Shown here: in pieces, positions 54,939 through 64,000 of the stretch | Position numbering within the stretch: the stretch's first letter is position 1 | Layout of the letters: the number at the start of each line of letters is the position of its first letter | Assembly: GCA_963748815.1 (NCBI GenBank) | Contig: CAVVKJ010000010.1 | Span: 256,001 to 320,000, forward strand | DNA length: 64,000 bases | Direction of reading: 5' to 3' | Origin: an uncultured Gemmatimonadales bacterium | Lineage (GTDB): Bacteria; Gemmatimonadota; Gemmatimonadetes; Gemmatimonadales; GWC2-71-9 | Notes under the pieces: generated by a model | Told to the model about the DNA's origin: nothing | The model's input: the letters and a program-made list of their open reading frames with translations, nothing else | The model's database searches: none | Program-made: the position numbers and the translations under genes

Positions 54939-55361
54939 ATGCAGACTCTCGCCATCATCAAGCCCGACGCCATCGCCTCCGGCAAGGCCGGACTCATCCT
55001 GGCCCACCTCCAGCAGGCCGGGTTCGCCATGGAGGCCGCCCGCCTGGTGCGCCTCACCTTGCCGCAGGCGGAGGCGTTCTACGGGGTGCACAAGGGCCGG
55101 CCGTTCTTTCCCGAGCTGGTGGCGTTCATGACGAGCGGGCCTTGCATGCCGCTCGCCCTGCGCCGCGCCGACGCTGTGCCCCACTTGCGGACCGTCATCG
55201 GGGCCACCGATCCGGCGGAGGCCGCCGCGGGCACCATTCGGAAGCTCTATGCCGAGTCCAAGGGGCGAAACGCCATCCACGCCTCGGACAGCGATGAGAA
55301 CGCGGCGCGAGAAATCGCGTTCTTCTTCCCGGAAGGGGAGCTCGCCGGCCTGCACGGCTGA
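54939..55361 (+). CDS. ndk: Nucleoside-diphosphate kinase
   Basis: TLAIIKPDA, FY..HKGRPFF, GATDP, NAIHASDS. Confidence 0.96.
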   Translation: MQTLAIIKPDAIASGKAGLILAHLQQAGFAMEAARLVRLTLPQAEAFYGVHKGRPFFPELVAFMTSGPCMPLALRRADAVPHLRTVIGATDPAEAAAGTIRKLYAESKGRNAIHASDSDENAAREIAFFFPEGELAGLHG

Positions 55362-55372
55362 GGGGCCCGGTT

Positions 55373-55404
55373 CGCTTGACCTAAGTCAAGCGCCCGGCTA
55401 GGTT
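55373..55404 (+). promoter_or_regulatory. Promoter of the DUF177-rpmF-fab operon with a palindrome over the -35 box
   Basis: CGCTTGAC-ctaa-GTCAAGCG perfect inverted repeat; TTGACC-N17-TAGGTT. Confidence 0.55.
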
Positions 55405-55412
55405 TAGTGGCT

Positions 55413-55883
55413 ATGCTCACGATTGCCATCCGAGACTTGCAGCAAGGCCCGGCCAAGACGGAAGGGGAGTTGGCGCCGTCGGACCCCGTCTTCGCGGGGC
55501 TCGAGTTGCCCTTGGAGGGTCCCATCACGGTGGCGGGCCAGCTCCAGGCCACGGAGGGCGACGACTTCCTGTGGCGCGGGGTCATCCGGGCGACGGCCAG
55601 GCTGGCCTGCCGCCGGTGCCTCGCCGAGGTGGATGTCCGCCTCGACCGGGATGTCGATGTATTGTTGACCAGCGATCCCGAGGTCGCCGATGATCCCAGC
55701 GTCTATCCGCTGCCGGCGGCGGCGCTGCAGATCGACCTGACCGGGGTGGTGCGGGAAGAACTGGTGCTCGAGGTCCCGGCGTTCGTGGTGTGCCGAGACG
55801 ACTGTGCCGGGCTCTGCCCGACGTGTGGTGCCGATTTGAACGCGGGTCCGTGCGCATGCGTGCGGTCCGCCGAACCAGCCTGA
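55413..55883 (+). CDS. yceD: DUF177/YceD family protein
   Basis: CRRCL, IDL...VREE, C..DCAGLCPTCGADLN..PC.C; upstream of rpmF. Confidence 0.9.
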   Translation: MLTIAIRDLQQGPAKTEGELAPSDPVFAGLELPLEGPITVAGQLQATEGDDFLWRGVIRATARLACRRCLAEVDVRLDRDVDVLLTSDPEVADDPSVYPLPAAALQIDLTGVVREELVLEVPAFVVCRDDCAGLCPTCGADLNAGPCACVRSAEPA

Positions 55884-55890
55884 GGAAACC

Positions 55891-56073
55891 ATGGCAGTCC
55901 CGAAGAGAAAACTCTCCAAGTCCCGCAAGCGCCTGCGGCGCGGCCATCACGTCGCCGCGAGCGTCAAGACGCAGGCCTGTCCCCGCTGCGGCGATCCGAA
56001 GCTCTCCCACCGCGTGTGCCCGAGCTGCGGGTACTATCGCGGCAAGAAGGTCGTCGAGGTCAAGGGCGACTGA
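55891..56073 (+). CDS. rpmF: 50S ribosomal protein L32
   Basis: MAVPKRK.SKSR, CPRCG..KLSHRVCPSCGYY. Confidence 0.97.
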   Translation: MAVPKRKLSKSRKRLRRGHHVAASVKTQACPRCGDPKLSHRVCPSCGYYRGKKVVEVKGD

Positions 56074-56075
56074 GC

Positions 56076-57085
56076 ATGATCCGCGTGGCGCTGGACGCGA
56101 TGGGCGGAGATCACGCCCCGCAGGCGGAGGTTGAGGGAACCCTCGCCGCGCTCGCGCTCTTGCCCGGCGTCATCGTGCAGCTCGTGGGACAGGTCGACGT
56201 GATCGAGGCGGAACTGGCCGCGCATCCCGGGCTCGACCGGAGCCGGATCGAGGTCGTGCCGGCGACGGAAGTCATCGGAATGGCCGAAAAGCCCCTGGCC
56301 GCCGTCCGCAAGAAGCCGAACTCGAGCGTGGTGGTCGGCCTCGGCCTGCAGAAGGCGGGGCAAGTCCGACGCCTTCGTCTCGGCCGGCAACACCGGCGCC
56401 ATCCTGGCCGGCGTCGACCGTGCTGCTCGGCATCCACGCCGGCGTCGAACGGGCCACCGTGGCCACGCCCTTTCCGACCGCCGACCTCCCCGTCCTCGTC
56501 CTCGACGGCGGCGCCAACGTCGATTGCTCCGCCAAGGAGCTGGTCGGTTTCGCCCGCCTTGGCTCGGTGTACGCCCGCGACGTCCTCGGACGCGAGCGCC
56601 CGCTGGTCGGGCTCCTCAACATCGGCGAGGAAGACGAGAAGGGGAACGCCGCGTCCCGCGCGGCCCACGAACTCCTCAAGCAGGCCGCCGGCATCAACTA
56701 CATCGGCAACATCGAGGGACGCGACATCCTCGCCGGGCACTCGACGCACGGCCACGTCGACGTGGTCGTCACCGACGGCTTCGTCGGCAACATCGTGCTC
56801 AAGTTCTACGAGTCCGTCGCCCGGATGATCCTGCGCCTGGTCAAGCGCCACGCCCCCGACATCCTGGAGCGCGACGGTGTGCAGGAGGTCTTCCGGGTGC
56901 TGGACTACTCCGAGTACGGCGGCGCGCCGCTCCTCGGCGTGAAGGGCGTGTCCATCATCTGCCACGGCTCGTCCGGGAGCAACGCCATCAAGAACGCGAT
57001 TCGCGTCGCCGCCCAGATGGTGGAATCCAAGCTCAACCAGCACGTCGCCGCGGAGTTCGCCGCGAGCAGCGCCCCCGCCGCATGA
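56076..57085 (+). CDS. plsX: Phosphate acyltransferase PlsX (+1 shifts ~56359, ~56411)
   Basis: ALDAMGGD.AP, SAGNTGA in middle frame, LDGGANVD, LLNIGEE..KG, DGFVGN, ICHG.S. Confidence 0.93.
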
Positions 57086-58074
57086 GCCGGCGCCCGATCG
57101 TCGAATTCGCGGGGCTCGGCGTGGCCGTGCCCGAGCGCATCGTCACCAACGCCGATTTCGAAAAGACTCTCGACACCTCCGATCAGTGGATCGTGGAGCG
57201 CACCGGCATCCGGGAGCGCCGCGTCGCCGGGCCGGAACAGTCGGTGGCCATGCTGGCCCGCGACGCCTCCCTGCGCGCGCTGGAGGCGGCGGGGCTCGGC
57301 CCCGAGGACATCCACGGCATCATCCTCGGCACCGCCTCACCCGACCGGCTCCTCCCCTCCACGGCGTGCGACCTCCAGGCGCTGCTCGGCGCGAAGAACG
57401 CCGCCGCCTTCGACGTGTCGGCCGCCTGTCCGGGGTTCCTCTTCGCGCTGAACGTCGCCGAGGGGCTCGTGGCCTCGGGCCACGGCGAGAACATGCTGAT
57501 CGTCGGGGCCGAGAAGCTGAGCACCATCTCCGATCCGACCGACCGGTCCACCGCCATCCTGTTCGGCGATGCCGCCGGCGCCGCCATCGTCCGGAAGGCG
57601 ACGGGGGGCCGGGGCGCCGTCCTCTCGACCTACATGAAGTCGGACGGAAACCTGGCCAACCTGCTCTATCGTCCCGGCGGCGGTGCCGTCGACCCGATCA
57701 GCGAGAAGGTGGTGGCGGAACGGTCGCACTTCATCAAGATGGCGGGGCGCGAGGTCTTCAAGTCGGCCGTCAAGACGATGTCGGAGGCGTGTGACAAGGC
57801 GCTCGAGCGCGCCGGTCTCACCACCGACGAGGTCGACATGCTGGTCCCCCACCAGGCCAACCTCCGCATCATCGAGGCGACGGCCAAGCACGCCGAGATG
57901 CCGCTCGACAAGGTGATGATCAACGTCGATCGATACGGCAACACCTCCTCCGCCTCGATTCCCCTCGCCCTCGATCAAGGGGTGAAGGAAGGCCGGATCA
58001 AGCCCGGGATGACCCTCCTGCTGGTGTCCTTCGGGGGAGGCTTCACCTGGGCCAGCGCGGTGGTCAAGTGGTAG
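57082..58074 (+). CDS. fabH: Beta-ketoacyl-ACP synthase III
   Basis: DTSDQWI.ERTGI.ERR, AACPGF, PHQAN, YGNTSSAS, FGGGFTW. Confidence 0.96.
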   Translation: MSRRPIVEFAGLGVAVPERIVTNADFEKTLDTSDQWIVERTGIRERRVAGPEQSVAMLARDASLRALEAAGLGPEDIHGIILGTASPDRLLPSTACDLQALLGAKNAAAFDVSAACPGFLFALNVAEGLVASGHGENMLIVGAEKLSTISDPTDRSTAILFGDAAGAAIVRKATGGRGAVLSTYMKSDGNLANLLYRPGGGAVDPISEKVVAERSHFIKMAGREVFKSAVKTMSEACDKALERAGLTTDEVDMLVPHQANLRIIEATAKHAEMPLDKVMINVDRYGNTSSASIPLALDQGVKEGRIKPGMTLLLVSFGGGFTWASAVVKW

Positions 58075-58995
58075 CGGTCGTCATGTGCCCCGGACAGGGG
58101 GCGCAGAAGGTCGGTATGGGGAAGGACTTGGCCGACCGGTTCCCCGAAGCACGCGACACCTTCCAGGCCATCGACGAGGCGCTTGGCGTTGCCCTCTCCC
58201 GTCTCATGTGGGAGGGCCCGGAAGAGGAACTGGTTCTCACGCACAACACCCAGCCCGCCATCCTGGCGCACTCCGCGGCGGTTTTCGCGGTCGTCAAGGA
58301 GCGGTTGGGGGCGGTGGCGGCCGGGGCCGGGCACAGCCTGGGCGAGTACAGCGCGTATGTCGCCGCAGGGTCGCTCTCCGCGCCCGACGCGGCCCGGCTG
58401 GTCCGCCGCCGGGGCGAGTTGATGCACGAGGCCGGCACCAGGCGGCCCGGCGCGATGTCGGCCATCCTCGGGCTCGACCCGGAGGGCGTGGCTGCGGCCT
58501 GCGCCGAAGCCTCTGGCGCCGACGGCGTCGCAGTGGCCGCGAACCTGAATTCCCCCGACCAGATCGTCATCTCAGGTGACCCGGCCGCGGTGGCTCGGGC
58601 CGGGGACGGGTGCAAGGCGCGTGGCGCCAAGCGGGTGCATCCCGCTCAAGGTGTCCGGTGCGTTCCACTCCCCGTTGATGGAACCGGCGGTGCAGGGGCT
58701 GGAAACTGCACTCGCCGCGGCGCCTTTCGCCGCCCCCGCCTTTCCGGTCGTGGCCAACGCCTCGGCGGAGCCGGTGCGGTCCAGCGCCGACGCGGTGCGG
58801 CTGCTCGCGGCCCAGTTGACCGCCCCGGTGCGGTGGATCGAATGCATGCAGGCCGCGTCGCGCCTGGCTCCCGAGGCGACGTTCGTCGAGCTGGGGCCTG
58901 GCAGCGTGCTGTCCGGGCTGCTTCGCAAGATCGTCCCGGGCGCCAGGAGCATCACGCTCGGGACCGCCGCCGAGGTGGAGGCCTTTCTCGGATGA
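58068..58995 (+). CDS. fabD: Malonyl-CoA:ACP transacylase (+1 shift ~58636)
   Basis: PGQGAQ, TQPA, GHSLGEY; VSGAFHS, PVRW, ELGPG in shifted frame. Confidence 0.94.
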
Positions 58996-59732
58996 CCACG
59001 ATTGACCTGACCGGCCGGACGGCGTTCGTCACCGGCAGCACGCGGGGCATTGGCCTTGCCGTCGCCCAGGCGCTGTACGCGGCCGGGGCCAGGGTGGCCA
59101 TCGTCGGCCGCGACGCCGCGCGGGCCCAGTCCGTGGCGGCGGGGCTCGGCGATCGGGCCGCCGGGGTTGGCTGCGATGTCGCCGACCGGGCGCAGGTCGA
59201 GGCCGCCCTGGCCGCCGCGGAGGCCGCCCTCGGGCCCATCGACATCCTGGTCAACAACGCCGGGCTGACGCGGGACAACCTCCTGCTCCGGCTCACCGAC
59301 GAGGACTGGGATGCGGTGCTCGACGCCAATCTCAAGGGGGCGTTCTTCACCACCCGGGCGGTCATCAAGGGAATGATGAAGCGGCGCGCCGGCCGCATCA
59401 TCAACATCACCAGCGTCGTCGGGCTGACCGGCAACAAGGGCCAGGCCAACTACGCCGCCAGCAAGGCGGGCCTCATCGGTTTGACCAAGTCGGTGGCCAA
59501 GGAATACGCCGCCCGTGGGGTCCTCGCCAACTGCGTGGCCCCGGGCTTCATCGAGACGGATATGACTGCCGCCTTGCCCTCTGAGGCGCGGACGGCATTA
59601 TTAGAGGACATTGCGCTGGGGCGACTCGGTCGGCCCGAGGATATTGCCGCCGCCGTGCTCTTCCTGGCATCAGATCTCGCGTCCTACATCACCGGGCAGG
59701 TCCTGGTGGTGGACGGCGGGATGGTCATCTAG
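58992..59732 (+). CDS. fabG: 3-oxoacyl-ACP reductase
   Basis: TGSTRGIG, NNAG, YAASK, PGFIETDMT. Confidence 0.96.
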   Translation: MTTIDLTGRTAFVTGSTRGIGLAVAQALYAAGARVAIVGRDAARAQSVAAGLGDRAAGVGCDVADRAQVEAALAAAEAALGPIDILVNNAGLTRDNLLLRLTDEDWDAVLDANLKGAFFTTRAVIKGMMKRRAGRIINITSVVGLTGNKGQANYAASKAGLIGLTKSVAKEYAARGVLANCVAPGFIETDMTAALPSEARTALLEDIALGRLGRPEDIAAAVLFLASDLASYITGQVLVVDGGMVI

Positions 59733-59762
59733 CCCGACCCCCTACTCCTTTTCGAGGACGAC

Positions 59763-60002
59763 ATGAGCAACGTGGATGAGAAGGTCAAGGACATCATCGC
59801 CGAGGAACTGGGTGTGGAGCGCGAGAAGCTGACTCCCGAAGCCAGTTTCATGGAAGATCTTGGCGCTGACAGCCTCGACACCGTCGAGCTGGTCATGGCG
59901 TTCGAGAAGGAATTCGACATCGACATCCCGGACGAGGACGCCGAGAAGCTCCGGACGGTCGGCGAGGCCCTCAAGTACCTCCACGAAAAGACCGGGAAGT
60001 AA
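59763..60002 (+). CDS. acpP: Acyl carrier protein
   Basis: [17 protein letters not shown]. Confidence 0.97.
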   Translation: MSNVDEKVKDIIAEELGVEREKLTPEASFMEDLGADSLDTVELVMAFEKEFDIDIPDEDAEKLRTVGEALKYLHEKTGK

Positions 60003-60003
60003 C

Positions 60004-61246
60004 TTGGCGAGTCGTGTCGTCGTCACCGGCATTGGGCTGGTGACCCCGCTCGGCAACAACGTCGAGGACACCTGGGCGGGCCTGCTTGCGGGCCGGTCCG
60101 GCGCCGCGCGCGATCACCAAGTTCGATCCGACGGCGTTTCAGGTGCAGTTTGCCTGCGAGGTGAAGGGGTTTGACGCGCTGCAGTTCATGGACAAGAAGG
60201 AAGCGCGCCGGTACGACCTCTTCGTGCAGTACGCGCTCGGGGCGGCCCACGAGGCGGTGACGCAGGCGGGGCTGGAGGGGAAATTCCCCTCCCCGGAGCG
60301 CACGGGGGTCATCATCGGCAGCGGCATCGGCGGCATGGTGACCTTCGAGGAGCAGACCAAGCTCCTCGTGACCAAGGGGCCGGACCGGGTCTCCCCCTTC
60401 TTCATCCCGATGTTCATCCCCGACATCGCCGCCGGGCTGGTCTCCATTCGCTACGGCCTCAAAGGTGCCAACTATGCCACGGTGTCGGCCTGCGCCTCGT
60501 CCGCGCACGCCATCGGGCAGTCGTACCAGCTGATCCAGTCCGGGCACGCCGACGCGATGCTGACCGGCGGGACCGAGGCGGCCATCAGCGAACTGGCCAT
60601 CGCCGGCTTCCAGAACATGAAGGCGCTCTCGACGCGGAACGACGCTCCCGAAGAGGCGAGCCGTCCCTTCGACAAGGAACGCGACGGGTTCGTCCTGGGC
60701 GACGGCGCCGCCATGGTCATGCTCGAGAGCCTCGAGCACGCCCAGGCCCGCGGCGCCACCATCCTCGGCGAGGTGATCGGGTACGGCCTGAGCGGAGACG
60801 CCTACCACATCACCTCGCCCGCTCCGTCGGGGGAGGGGGCGCAGCGCGCCATGCGCGATTGCCTCGCCGACGCCGGCGTGGGCATCGAGGCGGTCGACTA
60901 CATCAACGCCCACGGCACCAGCACCTTCCAGGGCGACATCGCCGAGACCGCCGCCGTCAAGGCGGTGTTCGGCAAGCACGCGAACGAACTCGTGTTCGGC
61001 TCCACCAAGTCGATGACCGGGCACCTCCTCGGCGCCGCCGGCGGCCTCGAGTTCGCGGTGTGCCTCCTGGCGGCGCGGGAGGGCAGGATTCCGCCGACCA
61101 TCAACCAGGTCACCGCCGACCCCGAGTGCGATCTCGACTGCGCCCCGAACACTGCGGTCGCCCGCGACATCGACGTGGCGCTCTCCAACAGCTTCGGGTT
61201 CGGTGGCCACAACGTGACGATTGCGGTGCGCGCCTGGAAGGACTGA
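60004..61246 (+). CDS. fabF: Beta-ketoacyl-ACP synthase II (+1 shift ~60107)
   Basis: [13 protein letters not shown] from TTG start; [31 protein letters not shown]. Confidence 0.95.
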
Positions 61247-61282
61247 CCTCCGGTTGGGATCCCCAGCGCCTCGCAGTCGATT

Positions 61283-61314
61283 CGAGACCCCGGCAGCCCG
61301 CTTCCGGGGTCTCG
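61283..61314 (+). terminator. Hairpin (probable terminator) after fabF
   Basis: CGAGACCCCGG-N10-CCGGGGTCTCG; no strong U tract. Confidence 0.55.
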
Positions 61315-61393
61315 TCGTGTCCACGTGGGCCATCTGGCACCACCGGGCCGCTTCGGGGTAGATTCCCCGGGTAACCGACCATTGTTCAAGGAG

Positions 61394-62605
61394 ATGAGCA
61401 TGCTTCCCACCCTCGACCTCGCCGGGCTGCGTGATCCGGCGCTTCGGCCGATCGGGGAAAAGGTGGAACGGGGCCAGCGGCTCGACCACGCGGACGGTCT
61501 GGCGCTGTATGCCACGAGCGACCTCCTTGGGCTCGGGCAGCTGGCGGACTTCGCGAACCGGCGCCGCAACGGCGACCGGGTGTTCTTCTCGGCCAACCAG
61601 CATCTCAATCCCACGAACGTGTGCGTCCTCCGCGCCACCTGCACTTTCTGCTCCTTCGCCCGGACGCCGAAAGAGGAGGGGGCCTACACCCGCTCGCTCG
61701 ATGAGGTGTACGCCGAGGCGGAGCAGGCGCGGGGCGCCCCGACGACGGAGTTCCATATCGTCGGCGGGCTCCATCCGAAGCTGAAGCTCGCGTACTACAC
61801 CGACATGCTGCGCGGGCTCAAGGAGCGCCACCCCGGCGTGCACATCAAGGCGCTCACCGCCGTCGAAATCGCGCACCTGGCACGGATCGAGAAGATGTCC
61901 GAGCGGGATGTGCTCATCGCGCTCAAGGACGCGGGGCTCACGAGCCTGCCGGGCGGAGGCGCGGAAGTTTTCAGCACCGCCGTGCGCGCCACCATTGCGG
62001 AGCGGAAGCTGACCGGCGAGGAGTGGATCCGCGTGCACCGGACCGCCCACGAGCTCGGGATCCCGACCAACTGCACCATGCTCTACGGCCACGTCGAGAC
62101 CGCCGACGACCGCCTGCAGCATCTCGCCATGCTCCGGGATCTCCAGGACGAGACCGGCGGCTTCCTCACGTACATCCCGCTCGCCTATCATCCCGACCAC
62201 AACGAGCTGGGCGAGGAACTGGGGCGGGTCGGGACCGCGACGACCGGGTTCGAGGACCTGAAGAACATCGCCATCGGGCGGCTCTTCCTCGACAACATTC
62301 CCCACGTCAAGACCCACTGGCCGATGGTCACCCCGGCGCTCTCCCAGATCGCCCTGAGCTTCGGGTGCGACGACGTGGAGGGGACCGTGGTGTTCGAGCG
62401 GGTGTATCACGAGGCGGGCGCGAGCACCGACATGGCCATGTCGTACGCCCAGCTGGTCGGGCTCATTCGCGACGCGGGACGCCGCCCGGTGGAGCGCAAC
62501 AGCCTGTACGAGGCCGTGCGCGACGCCTTCGACGATCCGCCGCCCGCGCCGCCCGCGCCCGCGGAGCCGCGGAAGCGCGCCCTCCCGGTGGTGCACGCCG
62601 CATGA
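61394..62605 (+). CDS. mqnE: Aminofutalosine synthase (radical SAM)
   Basis: HLNPTNVCVLRATCTFCSF, EFHIVGGLHP, IKALTAVEI, PGGGAEVF, IPLAYHP; next to mqnA. Confidence 0.88.
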   Translation: MSMLPTLDLAGLRDPALRPIGEKVERGQRLDHADGLALYATSDLLGLGQLADFANRRRNGDRVFFSANQHLNPTNVCVLRATCTFCSFARTPKEEGAYTRSLDEVYAEAEQARGAPTTEFHIVGGLHPKLKLAYYTDMLRGLKERHPGVHIKALTAVEIAHLARIEKMSERDVLIALKDAGLTSLPGGGAEVFSTAVRATIAERKLTGEEWIRVHRTAHELGIPTNCTMLYGHVETADDRLQHLAMLRDLQDETGGFLTYIPLAYHPDHNELGEELGRVGTATTGFEDLKNIAIGRLFLDNIPHVKTHWPMVTPALSQIALSFGCDDVEGTVVFERVYHEAGASTDMAMSYAQLVGLIRDAGRRPVERNSLYEAVRDAFDDPPPAPPAPAEPRKRALPVVHAA

Positions 62606-63423
62606 GGCTCGGCCGGATTCCCTGGATCAACTGCTACCCGGTCACGGGGGCCATCGACCGGGGACTCGTCCGTCTCGACGCGGAGCTCGTGACCGGGACG
62701 GCATCGGAGCTCAACGACCTGCTCGCCGCCGGAGAGCTCGACGCCAGCGTCGTCTCGGCGGTCGAGTACGCCCGCAACGCGGCGGCATACCACCTGCTGC
62801 CCGATCTCGCCATCAGCGCCGATGGGCCGGTCCACAGCGTGGCGCTCTTCAGCAAGCGGCCGGTGGAGGCGCTCGACGGCGCCACCGTGCTCCGCACCGC
62901 GTCGTCGCGCACGTCGGTGCTGCTGCTCGAGTTGCTCTGCCGCCACCGGTGGGGCATCGCGCCGAAATTCGCCACCGTGCGCGCGGAGTCCGCCGATCTC
63001 GGCTCGCTGGCGGGGCTCCCGCACGAGGCGGTGCTCGTGATCGGCGATGCCGCCCTGCAGCTGACCGCCCGCGGGATCTACCCCGAGGTGCTCGACCTCG
63101 GCGCCGAGTGGAAGGCGTGGACCGGGCTGCCGTTCGTGTTTGCGGTCTGGGCCGCGCGTCGAGAGGTCCCGGCCGCCGCCGTACGCGGGCTGCACAGGCA
63201 GCTGCTCGCCTCGCGGGCGTGGGGCCTGGCGCACCTCGACCTGCTCGCGGCCGACGCGGCGGCGGTCACCGGGGTCAGCGCCGCGACCTGTCGCGCCTAC
63301 CTGGGGACCCTCGACTACGCGCTCGGCGGCGCCGAACTCGAGGGATTGACCACCTTCTTTCACCGCCTCGCCCAGGACAAGCTGGCGCCGGCGGGTTCGC
63401 TCTCGTTCATCACGGCGGCATGA
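62602..63423 (+). CDS. mqnA: Chorismate dehydratase
   Basis: RLGRI.WIN..P, G.V.SV.LFS, SRTSV.L, VIGDAAL, DLG.EW...TGLPFVFAVW. Confidence 0.9.
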   Translation: MRLGRIPWINCYPVTGAIDRGLVRLDAELVTGTASELNDLLAAGELDASVVSAVEYARNAAAYHLLPDLAISADGPVHSVALFSKRPVEALDGATVLRTASSRTSVLLLELLCRHRWGIAPKFATVRAESADLGSLAGLPHEAVLVIGDAALQLTARGIYPEVLDLGAEWKAWTGLPFVFAVWAARREVPAAAVRGLHRQLLASRAWGLAHLDLLAADAAAVTGVSAATCRAYLGTLDYALGGAELEGLTTFFHRLAQDKLAPAGSLSFITAA

Positions 63424-64000
63424 CCATGTACCACGTGGACCGCGATACCCCGGAGTTCCGGGACTACCTGGCCCTCTACGAGAAGGGCGACCTGCTCGAT
63501 CTCGGGCGGCGGGCCGATGCCGTCCGCTGGGAACTCCATCCCGAGCCCGTCGTCACGCACATCATCGATCGCAACATCAACTACACCAACGTCTGCGTGG
63601 CGGACTGCGGATTCTGCGCCTTCTACCGGCGGCCGAAGGACAGCGAAGGCTACGTCCTGAGCTTCGAGGAGATCGGCGAGAAGATCGAGGAGTGCCGGGC
63701 CATCGGCGGCGCCCAGATTCTCCTGCAGGGCGGGCACAATCCGTACATCCCCTTCGAGTGGTACCTCGAGCTGATGCGCTACATCAAGGCGCACCACGCC
63801 ATCCACATCCACGGCTTCAGTCCCAGCGAGGTGGTGTTCTTCAGCGAGCGGTTCCGGATGCCGGTGCCGGAGGTCGTGCGCCAGCTGCGCGACGCGGGGC
63901 TCGACTCGATCCCCGGCGGCGGCGGCGAAATCCTGGTCGACGAGGTCCGCGAACGGGTGGCGAAGAAGAAGGCCCAGACCGAGGAGTGGCTCGGGGTGCA
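63420..64000 (+). CDS. mqnC: Cyclic dehypoxanthinyl futalosine synthase, 3' partial
   Basis: My own translation: VT.IIDRNINYTNVCVADCGFCAFYR, QILLQGGHNP, IHGFSPSE, DSIPGGGGEIL; runs off the window. Confidence 0.88.
   Translation, partial: MTMYHVDRDTPEFRDYLALYEKGDLLDLGRRADAVRWELHPEPVVTHIIDRNINYTNVCVADCGFCAFYRRPKDSEGYVLSFEEIGEKIEECRAIGGAQILLQGGHNPYIPFEWYLELMRYIKAHHAIHIHGFSPSEVVFFSERFRMPVPEVVRQLRDAGLDSIPGGGGEILVDEVRERVAKKKAQTEEWLGV

Overview
High-GC bacterial chromosome segment made almost entirely of tightly packed + strand housekeeping operons. Gene order and content suggest Gemmatimonadota (inference). In order: GNAT, pepA, plug-domain outer-membrane protein; yicC-gmk-rpoZ-coaBC-udg-dnaB-radA-ispD-tsaC-LMW phosphatase-aroE-comF; gap-pgk-(serine hydrolase)-tpiA-secG-carA; HU; moaD-moaE-moaA-trmL; mdh-sdhCAB followed by an uncharacterised His-rich beta-barrel and an Ig/LVIVD lipoprotein; divergent M1 and M28 peptidases; dcd; complete nuoA-N; PMM/PGM-UPF0182; sucCD-ndk; DUF177-rpmF-plsX-fabH-fabD-fabG-acpP-fabF; futalosine genes mqnE-mqnA-mqnC (cut by the window end). 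About 18 single-base +1 frameshifts break mostly core genes and are best explained as sequencing or assembly insertion errors. I saw no rRNA, tRNA, CRISPR or mobile element. Best novelty candidates: the His-rich barrel plus His-lined propeller lipoprotein behind sdhB, a TTGAC-N4-GTCAA palindrome on the fab-operon -35 box, a YwlE-type (Thr) arginine-phosphatase candidate, and a shortened NuoG.
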